A DNA stretch of 64,000 bases, from positions 2,418,001 to 2,482,000 of the forward strand of contig CM039006.1 in NCBI GenBank assembly GCA_017499595.2. The letters run 5' to 3'. This document shows positions 1 to 12,406 of the stretch, piece by piece. Numbering within the stretch: position 1 is the stretch's first letter; each line of letters begins with the position of its first letter. The notes beneath the pieces are model-generated. The model did not search any database, was not told the origin of the DNA, and worked only from the letters and a program-made list of their open reading frames with translations. This DNA comes from Psilocybe cubensis. Its lineage: Eukaryota. Position numbers and translations under genes: made by a program.

Positions 1-999
1 AAAATGCCGGAGTATCTGTTTTTCCACTATACACATTCCGGGAGGATGCGAGATGGACTCTGGTACGTGTGGCATTTCTCAGCTCATTCGTTACACGTGA
101 AGTGAAAAGGAGAGTGATCACCATTTATTATAAGGTCAAGTGAACAAAACTACTATCTGTAGTGAGAAAGCCCGTATACAGTTTTTATAGGGGATACAAC
201 CAGCCAGAGAAATGTTGTACCCAAAGCAGCATTTCGAAGCACCCGATATCGACCAGATTTCTTGATGAGAAGACACCTTACGATGTGCTCTGCGGAGCGA
301 AGGAGGAGGAGGAACAGAATTCACGAATCTGAACACTATGCAGAGTGTCCAGTTTGGGAATTTATTGCAAGAACTCGAGCCACAGGAGCATTTGAATAAA
401 CCTGAGCATGAGCGTTGATGGAATCACCGTGGAGATGGGGTTATATGAAAAACCAGGTCACGGTTCAACAATTCATGCACATGCTTATTGATCCCTTTAT
501 CAAAATTAGAGGCCTGAATCAGCATTGGAAGAGGCTCTCACAGTAGATATACATATAGATTTCGTTTTTGCAATTGGCTGACGGTGTTCCCTCCTGGCTC
601 AGGATGCAGTGAGTGCGAGAATCTGCCACTGACTGTACGCATGGCTACGCAATGAGAATACGCATCATCTACAGTCCGATATCATGTCTTCTGAGCGGAG
701 AAATAGCTTAGGCAGAACTCTTTGAGGAGCGTGAGCACTTCCGACGGTGTTCCCATGAATTTGCACAGAATGAGGTCGTTGTTGAAGAACAAGCCTTGCG
801 GCCAACCGTGAGAACAACATAAGTCAATGGGCCTTGAAACCAAACAAACGACAACAACCGCTTGCGAAAAGATTGCTCGGCGGTCATTCTCGTGTTCGAG
901 CACACCAACTCACACTTCAACCACTGGTAAGTTCCGTGCTTTACTTATCTCTTCACAGACTATTAATGTAATACAATAGCCCTTCTCCTCCCAAAAAAG

Positions 1000-1461
1000 A
1001 TGCTTCCTCACGACCTCTGCTCCAAAATCCAAAATGCTTTTCGCGCACGCCACCAAAAGCTTGCTGTGAACCACAGCACCCAAAACCTCGGGATCCTGAA
1101 CATTTTGCTACGAGCAGGCTTCATTTCGAGCATTACACGTGGAACTATTAACGGGCCTAACCCTGCTGAGTTCAACGCCGCTAAGGAAAGCGAGCGTAGA
1201 ATATGGGCCGACCTCAAGTACCGCGACGACCAGCCAGTGCTATCGAACATGGAGCTCATCAGTCTTCCCAGTCGACGGGTGTTTATGGACTTGGCAGGTA
1301 TTCGCGCAATCTGTTCGGGTAGGAGGAACAAGCAAATCCCCCCACTCGGGATGGGTGAAGTGGCTATGGTCAAGACGCAGGACAAGGAACACGAGTGGTT
1401 GGAAGCGAGGGAGGCGCTGCAGATGAAGATACCTGGCGAGGTTATCTGCCGAGCGAGATAG
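1000..1461 (+). CDS. MRPS8: Mitochondrial ribosomal protein uS8m
   Basis: 153-aa intronless ORF with S8 signatures: DLCSKIQNA, ILNILLRAGFISS, LKYRDDQPVLSNMELISLPSRRVF, EAREA...GEVICR. A probable 5'-UTR intron lies at about 927-980. Confidence 0.9.
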   Translation: MLPHDLCSKIQNAFRARHQKLAVNHSTQNLGILNILLRAGFISSITRGTINGPNPAEFNAAKESERRIWADLKYRDDQPVLSNMELISLPSRRVFMDLAGIRAICSGRRNKQIPPLGMGEVAMVKTQDKEHEWLEAREALQMKIPGEVICRAR

Positions 1462-3244
1462 TGTTGGTAGTTATAGTGCTTATGGTATCTTTGGTGCGTC
1501 CAGGTTATATTGTTTATCGTCAGTCATTTGCTGACGGGTTTCCGGTGGACTACTGCAACAGTTATTCTATTCAACTAATGCTATGTTTTCTTTTTCGGAC
1601 TGTTACACTTGTGCATGAACTAAATTGTCAGTATTTGTCAACCTAGTTCATTGAATACAACTCCAACAAAAAACGTGCGTCTTTATTCGAAGTGCCATTT
1701 TATGATCCTTCATACAGCAGATGACTCCGAAGGATTTCTCAATTTCAAGAACTAAGGCTTATTTCGCCAATGGCAGACCTCACAGTGCACACTGGCCTGT
1801 TTCTGTCGCTTTCCGTCACTGCCATCTTTCGATTCAGCTCAAACCATTGCAGGTAGCTTCTTACACGCCAGTTACTACAGGGTATACGGTCGACTTTTTT
1901 TAAAAAAAATCGTTAAGACTTCTATGAAAAGCTTGGCTCCTTTGTGTTGGTGATCATCAGCTGCCTTTTCGCATTTTATTCGAACTCGTACGTGACAAAA
2001 TTACAATCGCATGACACAGGTTATATTTCCACTGACTGATCCAACGAAGTACCCTCTTTTGTGTTATTTTTGCTCCAGTCTTGCCACCCCTGACCCTGAA
2101 GCAGAAATAGGGTTGCAATACCACCAATCACTATCCACTTCCATTTATACCAACTCTATCATTGCCATGCCCGCAGTCGCGATTTTCAAGGTGTTAATTC
2201 CTTGGTTCGTGGAGTGGGATATCGCTGTGCGTCTCAGGCACATACAACTTAAATCTTGATCACATATATCCTTTCTACTGTTATCTATTCCTACCCTCGT
2301 CCCTTTTCGAGCCTTGGCGATGTTGCTCTTTTTGGCATGACGTTCGCAAGAAAGCTTACTTCACTTGCTGAGCTCGTCCACTGCGCAGTATTGATTCCAT
2401 TGACTCTACGACTCTCCAAAGTTCGCTGAAATAGCTGGGTGCTAACATGCTACATTTTGGTCACATGTACTCGGAGGAATATTCTCAACACCAAAATCAG
2501 CATCGAACGACTGTCGCGGGGACTTTGATACATTATCGCTATGGTGTGTCGCCTCCACTTTGGCTGCGGTTGCATTTCATATCCTCCGAGATTGATATTG
2601 TCGAGTGTGATCTGCTCCTCGTTTACTTCAACTATTGATTTGGAACAGCGCGTCCACTGAGAGTCAGTCACTTAGACACGCCTACCTTTAGGACGAGAAC
2701 GTGGAACGATAGACCTGTACTTCAGCTCACTCGTTGATACTTATACAAGTGCTAAAGGACACGCGTGTCACATCTTGGACTGGCTTCCATGAACGCCTGC
2801 TTTTTGTTCAGTGCTTCCTATGTACCCACAACTCAACCTTCAACATCTAGCCTTCGCATTTCAATATAGCCTTTCCCCGTCGCTTTGAATTTAAATTCTA
2901 AAGCGCCTTTCCTTTGTCTAGCACGTGTGCTGGTCTGGACCATCTCTTTGTCGTGGTTAACTCGGTTCCAACCCGTCTCGTGTCCATCGATAACCGCTAT
3001 CTGATTTTCACCTGGTCGAAAAAGGCTACCGAATGTGATTATAGCGAGTAGTGATGCAATGAGGCTTACACGTTGTTCTTATACCGAGGTGCGCAATTTC
3101 GACGCTACATCTGCGGTGACTGAATATTCTTTGAGGTTTGGGCTCAAAAGGCGCAAAGTATGGCGGGGCAGTACAGGTATCAGTACATCGTATTGAACGA
3201 CTCAGAAAATATCTGGATATTCTCGAGCACATCTACTTGACAAA

Positions 3245-4322
3245 ATGTCTTTCTCCTGCGCCTCTACACCCATTTTTTTCTCTGAACAAATCGGTGAACA
3301 TTTATCGTTCACCTATACTGGTACGCCTGTGCTATTTTCGGACCTTTTATTTTTTGACCATGATATCATAGACCGTGAAGCTGCATTGAATTTTCCCAGT
3401 CACGAGGGCGCCAATGTACCCTCAGCTTCATCACAACACCCTGCCGCTCCTTTTGGTATTGACACCTCGCCGACCATCCCTCCGCGCCGTCACAGCGCCC
3501 GTCATCGCGAGCCTGGACATATCCCGCGCCCACGCAACGCGTTCATCTTCTTCCGCTCATGGTACGTAGATAGCATGCGCGCATCCAAGGAGGTCCAGCA
3601 ACACGAGCTCAGCAAGCAAGCCGGAAAAGTATGGAAGAACATGTCCGACGAGGAGAAGAAACCGTTCTTGCGTTTTGCCGCAATCGAGAAGCAGGAGCAC
3701 TATGCCATGTACCCAGACTACGTCTACTCCCCCAGCGCGAAAGTTGGTGCGAAATCTGCTGCCGTTAAATCGAGAGGTTCATACGAGTTCTCTGCATATG
3801 ACGTATCTCGTATGGCTTCGCCGTCAGACACGATGGATATTTCATTTTCAATTGCTTCTTGGTATCATACCGAAGAGGAGGTGTGTCTGCATACTTTTGA
3901 CTTTTATCTTCGTTGCTCATTTTTAACAGGAATTCCACAACATCAAACAAGAGGCACCTTCTCCATTCCACGCCCATCTCGACTACGTCCCTAGCCAGGC
4001 CGCCTATCTACAACACGCCCATGATCTTGTTCCTTCATACATACCGACCCTTCCTTGCACTTCAGACGGATTGTTCAGCCAGAGTCCAGAAATTATGCAA
4101 TTCGGCATATCAGCTTCCTTCTCTAGCCAACGTACAGATGCTGGCCACCCGACTGCATCTTCTTTGACTTGCGATAATCCTTACCCCAGTGCCGACTATC
4201 TGGCACTAATGAAACACACGATGTCAGAGCGAAAGCTTGAAGGAAACAATTTGATGCAGCAGTATATAGACGAGGTGCTCGCTGAGACAGCTGCGAACTT
4301 TGTTGGGAAAGATGACGCTTAG
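3245..4322 (+). CDS. HMG-box transcription factor (MATA_HMG/Rox1-like box)
   Basis: HIPRPRNAFIFFRS...ELSKQAGKVWKNMSDEEKKPF...EKQEHYAMYPDYVYSP. Intron 3881-3929 (gtgtgt...taacag) joins the first exon in frame to the ORF ending at 4322. Confidence 0.88.
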
Positions 4323-4390
4323 GGAACCTCCTTCATGTACCAGTGATATTTATATTGTAGGCGTTCAGAGTATGATCGATAAGTCATATG

Positions 4391-4860
4391 CTAAAGCAAG
4401 TTTCTAGTCGTTGTAAAGATAATATCTACCCCTGTCCTTTGTTCAAGGAGAGAACCCATTCGTTCCTTCAGGCAATTTGTCCACGCTTGTGCCTGTCCTT
4501 CGTCATTCTTCTGTTTTCTTGCAAGTTTGAGTTCCACTTCAAACACAATCCGCCTGATCGTCTGAAACCCTTGACCAGTCAAATGGATGGCTAGTTCAGA
4601 GACAATGCCGCACTCGTTCAGGTACCTTTCCATGAGCTCTGGCGTCTCCCAACAGCCTATCTCCATTTTCAGCGCAATACAGCGCTCGTCGAGGGAGGCC
4701 GGGAGGTTTTGGAGCAAATGTGTTAAGAAATTTGGCCTGTGGATGTTGCACCCGTTAACATTGCACCAAATTGTCAAAGACTGTAGCTTTGTGAGATTTC
4801 TGTATTGCAGTATCACTGTCGATTATGTTACATCCGAGCTCCAAAGTGTCATCTCTGTGA
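4391..4860 (-). pseudogene. C-terminal relic of an agaric F-box/LRR-like protein
   Basis: LTKLQSLTIWC...LTHLLQNLPASL...FQTIRRIVFEVEL resembles C-termini of this family. No start or N-terminal exons are visible. Confidence 0.4.
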
Positions 4861-5387
4861 AAACGCAGTGGATTTGAGACTCAGCAAAGAAACCAAACTG
4901 GGACGAGGACGGTGATGCTCACTGTTACGGTTGTTCTTCACGGTGAGAGGTAACATATTTGGCGTGTGTTTAAAGATATCGTTGACAGTATGAATCTACG
5001 GATTGGTGTGTATCCTTATGTCAAGGTTTGAAATCACGTTTAACGTACTAGGCAGCCGTATTGATTTTCGAACGATTTTATTATGTAAATCATTTACACT
5101 ATAAACCTGTAAAAAGTATAAATCTGAGTAGGACTCCAGCGCTTATCGATCTACAGCCAACAGCACTACTATGAGAATCTCCTCCCTCGTTCTTAGTGCT
5201 CAATATCCAGATAACAATGGCTGATGAATCACATAAAATATTCATGTTGGCTGCTCCATCTAAACACGTTGCTCACTGAAGCAGTTGTAAGTTTTTCTGG
5301 AAAATGTCGCGCTGTAGGGTTGGATTAGGGATTCAATTTCATGCACTAATATTATATGTGCATTGTATGCTAAGGCCATGTTCAAGT

Positions 5388-6768
5388 TCAAGCAATGACA
5401 ACTTTACGAGTTCTCTGTATTTCCAGCCCTTCGTCCCCAAAGTACCTTCCACATTCGAAATGCCAATCTGTAACTCCGCGCATCCACTGACCTGCTTGCA
5501 AAAGGTCAAACTCGATGCTATACCAAAATAATAGAACAAAGACAGACCAAGGCCGTCAATATATGATACAATTTGGCGGTCCATCTCAGCTCCGTAGGTT
5601 GGGAAGTTTCTTTTGTTCACAACGTCTTCGCGAAGCTTAAGGAAATTTATCACTAGGTCATCTTGAAGATCGGATATCCACTGAATGGCTTCATCAAGGC
5701 TGAGGCGAAGGTTGTGCATCACAATAGTGACGGCATTGTAGCTGGCATCGCCTGCCAAAACCTCCTTCTTGTAGGAATACATGTCCTGAAGATGCAAGTA
5801 AATGGTTAGCTGTGAATTAAGCAGTTGAAAAGGTAATTACATTGCCAAGTATGGTCAAGTCAATGGTGTCTCTGTTAAGGCGGACAATGGTAGGATGGTC
5901 CATGATGTGATGGGGAATGTCGACGCCGAGGGACATTTCAATGAAAAAGAAAGTGGGGTACGTCCCAATATTATCACGTCTGGTGGCAATATACTCATCG
6001 ATAGTACATATGTATGATTTATCACGTCGATTTGCTTGCAGATATATGGTCTCGACATAGGCAAGCCAAGTTTTGACAAAGCGTTCCTTGGCCGCGTTCG
6101 GAGCACCAACAGAAGCCCGCTTCCAACATCTGTATTTTTTCCATGATCAACAAGTTCAGTTAAAAAGATCATTTTGGAAGGGACATACTGTCGTGTAATC
6201 TCGCCAATGATGGGTTCGCCCTCTGGACGGGGCACATCAGGATTTACAACGGCCTCCATGACGGCGTTGCAGTGTAACCTGGCCACTTCAGCATTCACAG
6301 CATCCGTGTTATCGTCAAGAATAAAATAAGCTTGCATTATATCGCAAGCGCTTCGCAGGATGTCTAAAAGAACAATTCTTTTTTTTAACTTTGCGTATAC
6401 TTTCCAGCATTGGAGAAATTTATTTACACGGAGAGGCAGTGGGATATCCCAATGCTGCTGATAGGCCTGGATGCAAACAGAAAACCAATGAGTCTTGGCA
6501 GCAATGACTTGGAAGTAGATGACTTACTGAAGACTCCGTCATCAAAAGCAGCCTGCGCAGCGGGGGAAAATTGTCCAAAGCTCTTCGTCCATGCAGCAGA
6601 CTCGGCTTTAGCTCTTTCAAAGTAAGGGTTAATTGCGCGCTCGTATGGCCAGTTGCGTAAAGGATCGGGAAGAATATAGGTAGGAGGATGTGCAGTCCGA
6701 CTTTTTTGAAGATCCTCAGCAACAGAGTGTTGCGAGTTAGTGGTAGAGGTGATGTTCACTGTTGACAT
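5388..6768 (-). CDS. Sesquiterpene synthase 1 (class I terpene cyclase, protoilludene-synthase-like clade III)
   Basis: 6 exons. LPDPLRNWPYERAINP N-terminus, Asp-rich FILDDNTD, NSE motif GNDMYSYKKE split by an intron, WHFECGRYFG, C-terminus GDEGLEIQRTRKVVIA*. Confidence 0.93.
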
Positions 6769-6931
6769 TCAAGGGAGTTGGATTATTGTAATGCAATGAC
6801 CCAAAAGAATACTGCTGCAATAATACTGTTTGAACAGAAAGAGTGTCGAGGAGTACTCCTTTATAGCTTTTGTTGATCAACACTGGGCCCTGGCTTAATC
6901 AAAAATAAAAACGAGTTTGATGTCGAATTAC

Positions 6932-6952
6932 TCGGTCTATATAAAACACCGA
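6932..6952. promoter_or_regulatory. CGG-N13-CCG inverted-triplet site (proximal), STS1 promoter
   Basis: TCGGTCTATATAAAACACCGA; spacing and flanks conserved in the STS2 promoter at 15861-15881. Confidence 0.55.
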
Positions 6953-7075
6953 CACTTAGTACTTACAGATAGAGCTGAAAGGGCTTGTTTGGCAGCCTTG
7001 TGACTTGAGACCAAGATAAAAGTATTTCTGGAAGGGTAGCGATTATTTAAGATACAATAATCCGTTGACTATTTG

Positions 7076-7096
7076 GACGGCGAGAAAAATAACCCG
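7076..7096. promoter_or_regulatory. CGG-N13-CCG site (distal), STS1 promoter
   Basis: GACGGCGAGAAAAATAACCCG; exact 21-bp reverse complement at 14223-14243. Confidence 0.55.
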
Positions 7097-7769
7097 AGAA
7101 CTGCATAGCATGAAATGCGTCTTCTTCAGTTGCAGATTTCGAAGTTTTTATCAAGAATTTATCCAATGCTGTTCGCTCCCTTATCTTCGGAACCGGAAAC
7201 GCCAACAGAGGTTCTAGAAGATGCAAATTTTCATGCTGACCTTTCAGAAGGCACTGTGCCTATCTCATTGCGTCGCCGTGGCATTCAAGTGTCGTGGCAT
7301 TCAATTGTCGTTCATCCCGAGCCGGAGATTATGTCGGCGTAATAGCAACGTTGCCTCCGAGGCGTTGTAGATTGTAGATTGTTCCTCACTTACTGTTGTA
7401 TTTTTTCCCGGTAACGAGGTCATTCTTGTACAGCCTGATACTTTCTTACCTCTGCTTGATACCGACAATGGCTGCACAATGGCTCCACCCATCCAAATAA
7501 GTACAACCCGCCACATCATCCTGAACGCATTATGATGCTGTTTTGGTAAGTGGTGTCTGTGCAAAAGATCAACAAGCTCTGAATGTTCTGTGAATTATTA
7601 GGGTTGGAGAAAAATATGTAAAGCGAAAAAATCAAGGTTACTCACTACGATTATAAACCTTCAGTTGCAAGTTGTAGCCATAATAAAACGCCAGAATGTT
7701 TGAGATCGTTCATGTTGAACCTAGTTAAAGGCCGCTGGGGAAATGCGCCACTTTTGCATGGCGTATACG

Positions 7770-8373
7770 CGTCGGGATTTTCCGAATACAAGACTGACTT
7801 CTACGAAAGACCCATATCTTGCACAGATAGTCTAAATGGAATTCAACGTAGAATTTTCTCTTACATTTTGAATAAAAGATGAACCTTGAAGTTGTCTTGT
7901 ACATGAAATACCAAATCAAGATGTCAGAATGAATACCAGGTTGAATAGAAATCAAACTAAAGAAAATGCGCGTATTTAGTCAGGTAATTTGTAGCGTAAT
8001 TATCTACCCGGGTTAGCTGGAAATTAGTCTTATATCAGGGCCAAAATCAAAATATAAGACTGATTTCCAGCTAAACCTGGTAGGTACGCTACTTTACCTG
8101 ACTAATAACCTTGCAGTGTGATTTCCAGTTAACTGGAAGACTGTTTTCTATTTTGTCTTCCAGTTAAAATACGAGCATTTTCTATGGTTTGATTTCTATT
8201 CAACCTGGAATCCATTCCGACACCTTGATCTGGTACTTCATGTATAAGACAACTTCAAGGTTCATCTTTTATGCAAAATGTAGGAGAAATTTCCACTTGA
8301 ATTGCATTTAGATTATCTGAGCAAGATATGAGTCTTTCGTAGAAGTCAGTCTTGTATTCGGAAAATCCCGACG
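7770..8373. repeat. Nested foldback (long inverted repeat)
   Basis: Outer arms about 7770-7978 and 8167-8373 (about 90% identical by hand count, first 42 bp identical). Inner hairpin about 7977-8104. Mini-hairpin TTAACTGGAAGAC/GTCTTCCAGTTAA at 8129-8167. Confidence 0.92.
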
Positions 8374-8656
8374 TGATATGTTTTGTTTGTATTCCCTGAC
8401 CAACGTAGTGGTAACAATAGAGAGGCCGTAATCCGTTGCTTTGTGAATCTTTATATCGCGCTTGTGGATAGGATATTCTGTCGAAAATCAAGCAATCGAT
8501 TTTATCGAGTATACAACTTGTCGTCTGGAGCACAAGAAAACATCGTATGGTATCTACATCCTCCTATTCATTCATTAGTATTCTATTGTCCAATTAGTAC
8601 GTGTGCGCATTACTATTCTTCAAAACAAAATATCACAGACCACACATTGGCCAACA

Positions 8657-11600
8657 TTACACCCTGTCCACACCCTCACCGCCCTCCCTTGCCTCCATGC
8701 CCTTCTTCCCCGCCTCCCCATCCTTCACCCTCCTCTGCGCCCTGCCCACCTCCCTATCCCAATCCGTGCGCAGCACAATGTACGTCTCGCACAGCGCACA
8801 GTACACAAGCGAGAACGTCAGCCCAATCCACAAGCCATGCAGGCCCATGTCGTGCCAGAATGTGAGGTATATCCCAAGCGGGATCCCAAAGACGTAGTAC
8901 GCCGACAGGTTGAGCAGCGCGCCAAGGAATTGTTTGCCCCGTGCGCGGAGCACACCCGAGCCGATTGCGGATGTGCCGTCGAACACTTGGAAGAGCGAGA
9001 GGAGGGGGATGATGTCCGCGGTCAGCTGTACGACCTCTGTGGTTAGTGTAGTGATGTTAGCATTCACTTCTGTGGGAGTTGGGGATAGACGAGCCTGGAT
9101 CATCGTTGAACATGTATGCCCAAGACGCACGGAATATCATAAACATTGAGCTATTTGAACACGGGTGAGTGAAACGAAATTCAAAACCTGAGAGGTATAC
9201 CTCATGAATACACCAATGAGCAGAGCCATCACCATGGCCGTTTTTGCAGCCACACCCGCACGCTTTGCCTTGCACTCGCCAAGGAGATTTCCAATTCTGT
9301 TTAAGAAAGGGATATGAGCTGTGATAAAGACAATCAAAAAATGACTCACCGAACAGCCGTGGCGACACTGACAGCAAACGGCGCCTGGAAAGTCGTAGAA
9401 GACGACACGAGCAAGACACTCTGTGTAGCGAGTGCTACAGGGCCCAGCCTATTGAAACCAAACACGTTAACATCGTGCCTCCCCCTCATGTATTCCAAAG
9501 ACAAAAACATAAAGAAAAAAGCAACTCACAAACTCGCAGCAAGCGCAACCAACTCCCACGCCCACCACTCGCTCGCCGTCTGACCGACCCCACTCAGCCC
9601 CAAGCTCCAGAGCACACCGAGTCCGCTGAACATGCGCGCGCTCAGCGGGTGCCACGCCGTCTTCACACTGATCGTCTCACCGTTTCGTGTCGTAATGGTT
9701 GGGGAGAGGGGTGTGTAGAGGATGGCGTAGAGGAGGGAGAGGAGGGAGATGAGGTTAAAAGAGAGTGCGGAGGCGATGGGGGCGCCAATAAAGCCCAGGC
9801 GGAAGGGTGGGGGGCCCCAGACTGTGGAAGCGGAGGGGAGTGAATATGTTTCGGGGGAAAGAGTGTGTTTGGGATGGAACGAATTGTAGCAGGCCGTGGT
9901 CCGTAGCGCACAAATCGATATTGAATGATCCCCATGCAGAACAGAGTGCATATGAGGTCAGCAGTAAGAGGACACCCGAGAAAGGCCAGAAGTATATCCA
10001 TCGTGAGTTTCCACGATCCAGAAAGACAAGACCAGAAGATGAAAGAACATACATAAAGTTTGCATCAGAAAACATCCACCATGTAGAGTAAGCAGCACAT
10101 ACCCAGGAGCCAGTTCAACAACGCGTTCACAGGCGCAGCGATAAGCACAATGCGTGTCGGCACCGTGAAGAGACCTACAAACAAATTAATGAAATTAATA
10201 ATCCGTTCCCAATCTCGTACAAGATTAATGAAAGAATGTCTGTATCAGATTCTATCCCTCGGACTCGGGGGCAAGAGCAATTGACGGATCCGAGTACGAG
10301 AAGCAAGAGATCAAGAGATACATTAATTTTAAGAAACCTCACCTTGTGACTGGAAATACCGTCTAAACCGAGGGAGAAAAAAGACATATACAGTTAGTTA
10401 TTCGTCTAATTCACCAGATGTAGACAAATCCCGTCGTCCCGATGTGCGATACGATACTCTAGACGCACATATATCCACACAGAGCGTATCACTCCGTTGT
10501 ACATGCACATATGCGTGGGGAACCGATAGGGATTGCACAGAAGAAGACACTCACCGACTGATACAGTTGAACGCATACGCTGTATATCAAGACAAGGTCA
10601 GCTATCTATCAAGCTCCCGGATCTTTTTCAAATTAAACCGCATCTAGAAACAACGGCCCCTGCGGGAGGGTGATATTAATTTTTAACAATTCTCACCGCC
10701 ATTCCAACCAGTTTGGAGCTCAAATTTACAGATACGGACGATGTTTCGCCTGCGGTACCCTCAAATCCACAAGAAATGGACAGAGATCTTGCCATTTTTT
10801 GCCCTCAAATCCGCCAAACCTCGGGCAAGGCCTTAGGAAGCTTCCCGGGCCCTGGAATTACGAAGCAAGCAGCTTGAATGAAAGGACAAGCGACAGGAGA
10901 TTGAATGGGATTAGGCGTAGAGTTGGGCACATGACACGTCTCAGTTATCATCGGGCAACGCGTCCGAGAACGAGAAACGTTGCTATGTATAGCCCGTCCC
11001 ATCGCAAATAGAGCGAGCAGGCTAATAGAGGGCGTCTAACCCAGAAAGGTGTCGATATCAATAGAACCCCAATCGATCGACCCGTCATGATCAAAGATAG
11101 ACTGGCAGTAGCAAAAAGCATAACCATATTCATGAAAATGACCATTGCAGACTCACCAGGCAGTCCCAACGAGATCCACCGCAAATATACCGCAGCGAGA
11201 CTGGCAACTTCCGGGTCTTGCTTGAGGAGGAGGAGAATGGACTCGGCGTTGAACCAGATCAGGAACATGGGCTGTTGTCAGCAAGTGTTGCGTCATGGGT
11301 GCGAAGAACGGAGAAGCAGAGGATCCGAGCGGCGTCGGAGCGATGGAGTAGGGCACGGAGCATTGAGGAGCAAGTCAGTAACCGAAATTTGACCAGGATA
11401 AGATCCTACGCACAATTAGCGTGGAGAACATGACGACAGCTGGAAATGATCAGAAATTAGTTGTGAATAAACAGGGGTCTAGTGTGAACTCACTCATGCG
11501 CTGAGCCCACAGTCCTACTAGTTGTGGGCTATCCGACGTCCACGCAGCTGGAAGCAGCGTATCCAGCGCACTGGCAAATCCCTGCAGAATGCTGAACCCG

Positions 11601-12289
11601 GATACGCTCGCCGTCATCGACCCGAGCGAGATCGCAGCGAGCGCCGTCGTCGATATGTGCCCGATGGACACGACTGATACGATAACGAGGGAATATTCCA
11701 GGACATGTGTTCTGATACATTCCGAAAAGTTTGACCATGTAAGGTAAGATCCAAGTAATTAAATTACGGCAAAGGTAAAAAAAGAGTTGACGTGAGTCAT
11801 TTTGCGATTTTTCGGGGAGACGAGCAATACAACGTACCCAAAGACAGGCGTAGCGTACTTGAGCAAAATCCACAGCTCCTCCCAGAACATCTTCATTGCA
11901 CTCTCGTCGTCTGCTAGCGGATTACGATCGATAGACTCTTCAACGCGAGGGATTGGTGGGTTGGCGCCACCGAGGAGAAGAGGGGTAGACTCGTCAGGCA
12001 GCGCCGACGACGACGATTCAGAATCATCTCTTGGATAGCTGCCTATTGTTGGATTCCGTGGCCGCGTATTCTGGGAATAGTAGGGCCCAGAGGCACGAAA
12101 GCTGGGTCTCCGCTGTGTCGGAGACGGGGTCAAGACGCTGTCTGGAACAACCGTTCTCGAGAGCTCGTCACCATTGTCGTTCTGGTCGTCGTCGTCGTGG
12201 ATGCGATGGCGGTTGTTGAGGCTGGAGACGATGGCGTAGTCCGTTGGCAGCGACGACGGCCCCTGGTAGTGGGCGTATGTTGAGGACAT
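8657..12289 (-). CDS. MATE family efflux transporter
   Basis: Multi-exon gene. SIGHISTTALAAISLGSMTASVSG, ALDTLL, RYFQSQGL, LGFIGAPIA, ASEWWAWE, RIGNLLG, QVFDG...GVLRARGKQ, NLSAYYVFGIPLG, GLWIG, TDW. Confidence 0.93.
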
Positions 12290-12406
12290 CGCGGTCGTCG
12301 ACAAGAACCGAAAACTGGATTTCTGGTTTTTATATATAAGTCGATCATACGATCACGTGCTCATTCCTCTTTTTTCAGCGCTTAGCTCTTCTGGGACCTC
12401 ACTAGT

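Noticed and set aside
1-950. Possible gene fragment at the window start
   Set aside because: Splice-like signals are present, but no consistent frame or recognisable domain.
1920-2640. Hydrophobic broken ORFs, possible membrane-protein relic
   Set aside because: Multiple stops and no family recognisable by eye.
5339-5440. Apparent C-terminal frameshift in STS1 suggested by the ORF track
   Set aside because: After splicing the last intron the frame reads RYFGDEGLEIQRTRKVVIA*, matching STS2. The gene is intact.
8383-10091. Numerous antisense ORFs over the MATE gene
   Set aside because: Shadow ORFs of GC-rich coding exons.
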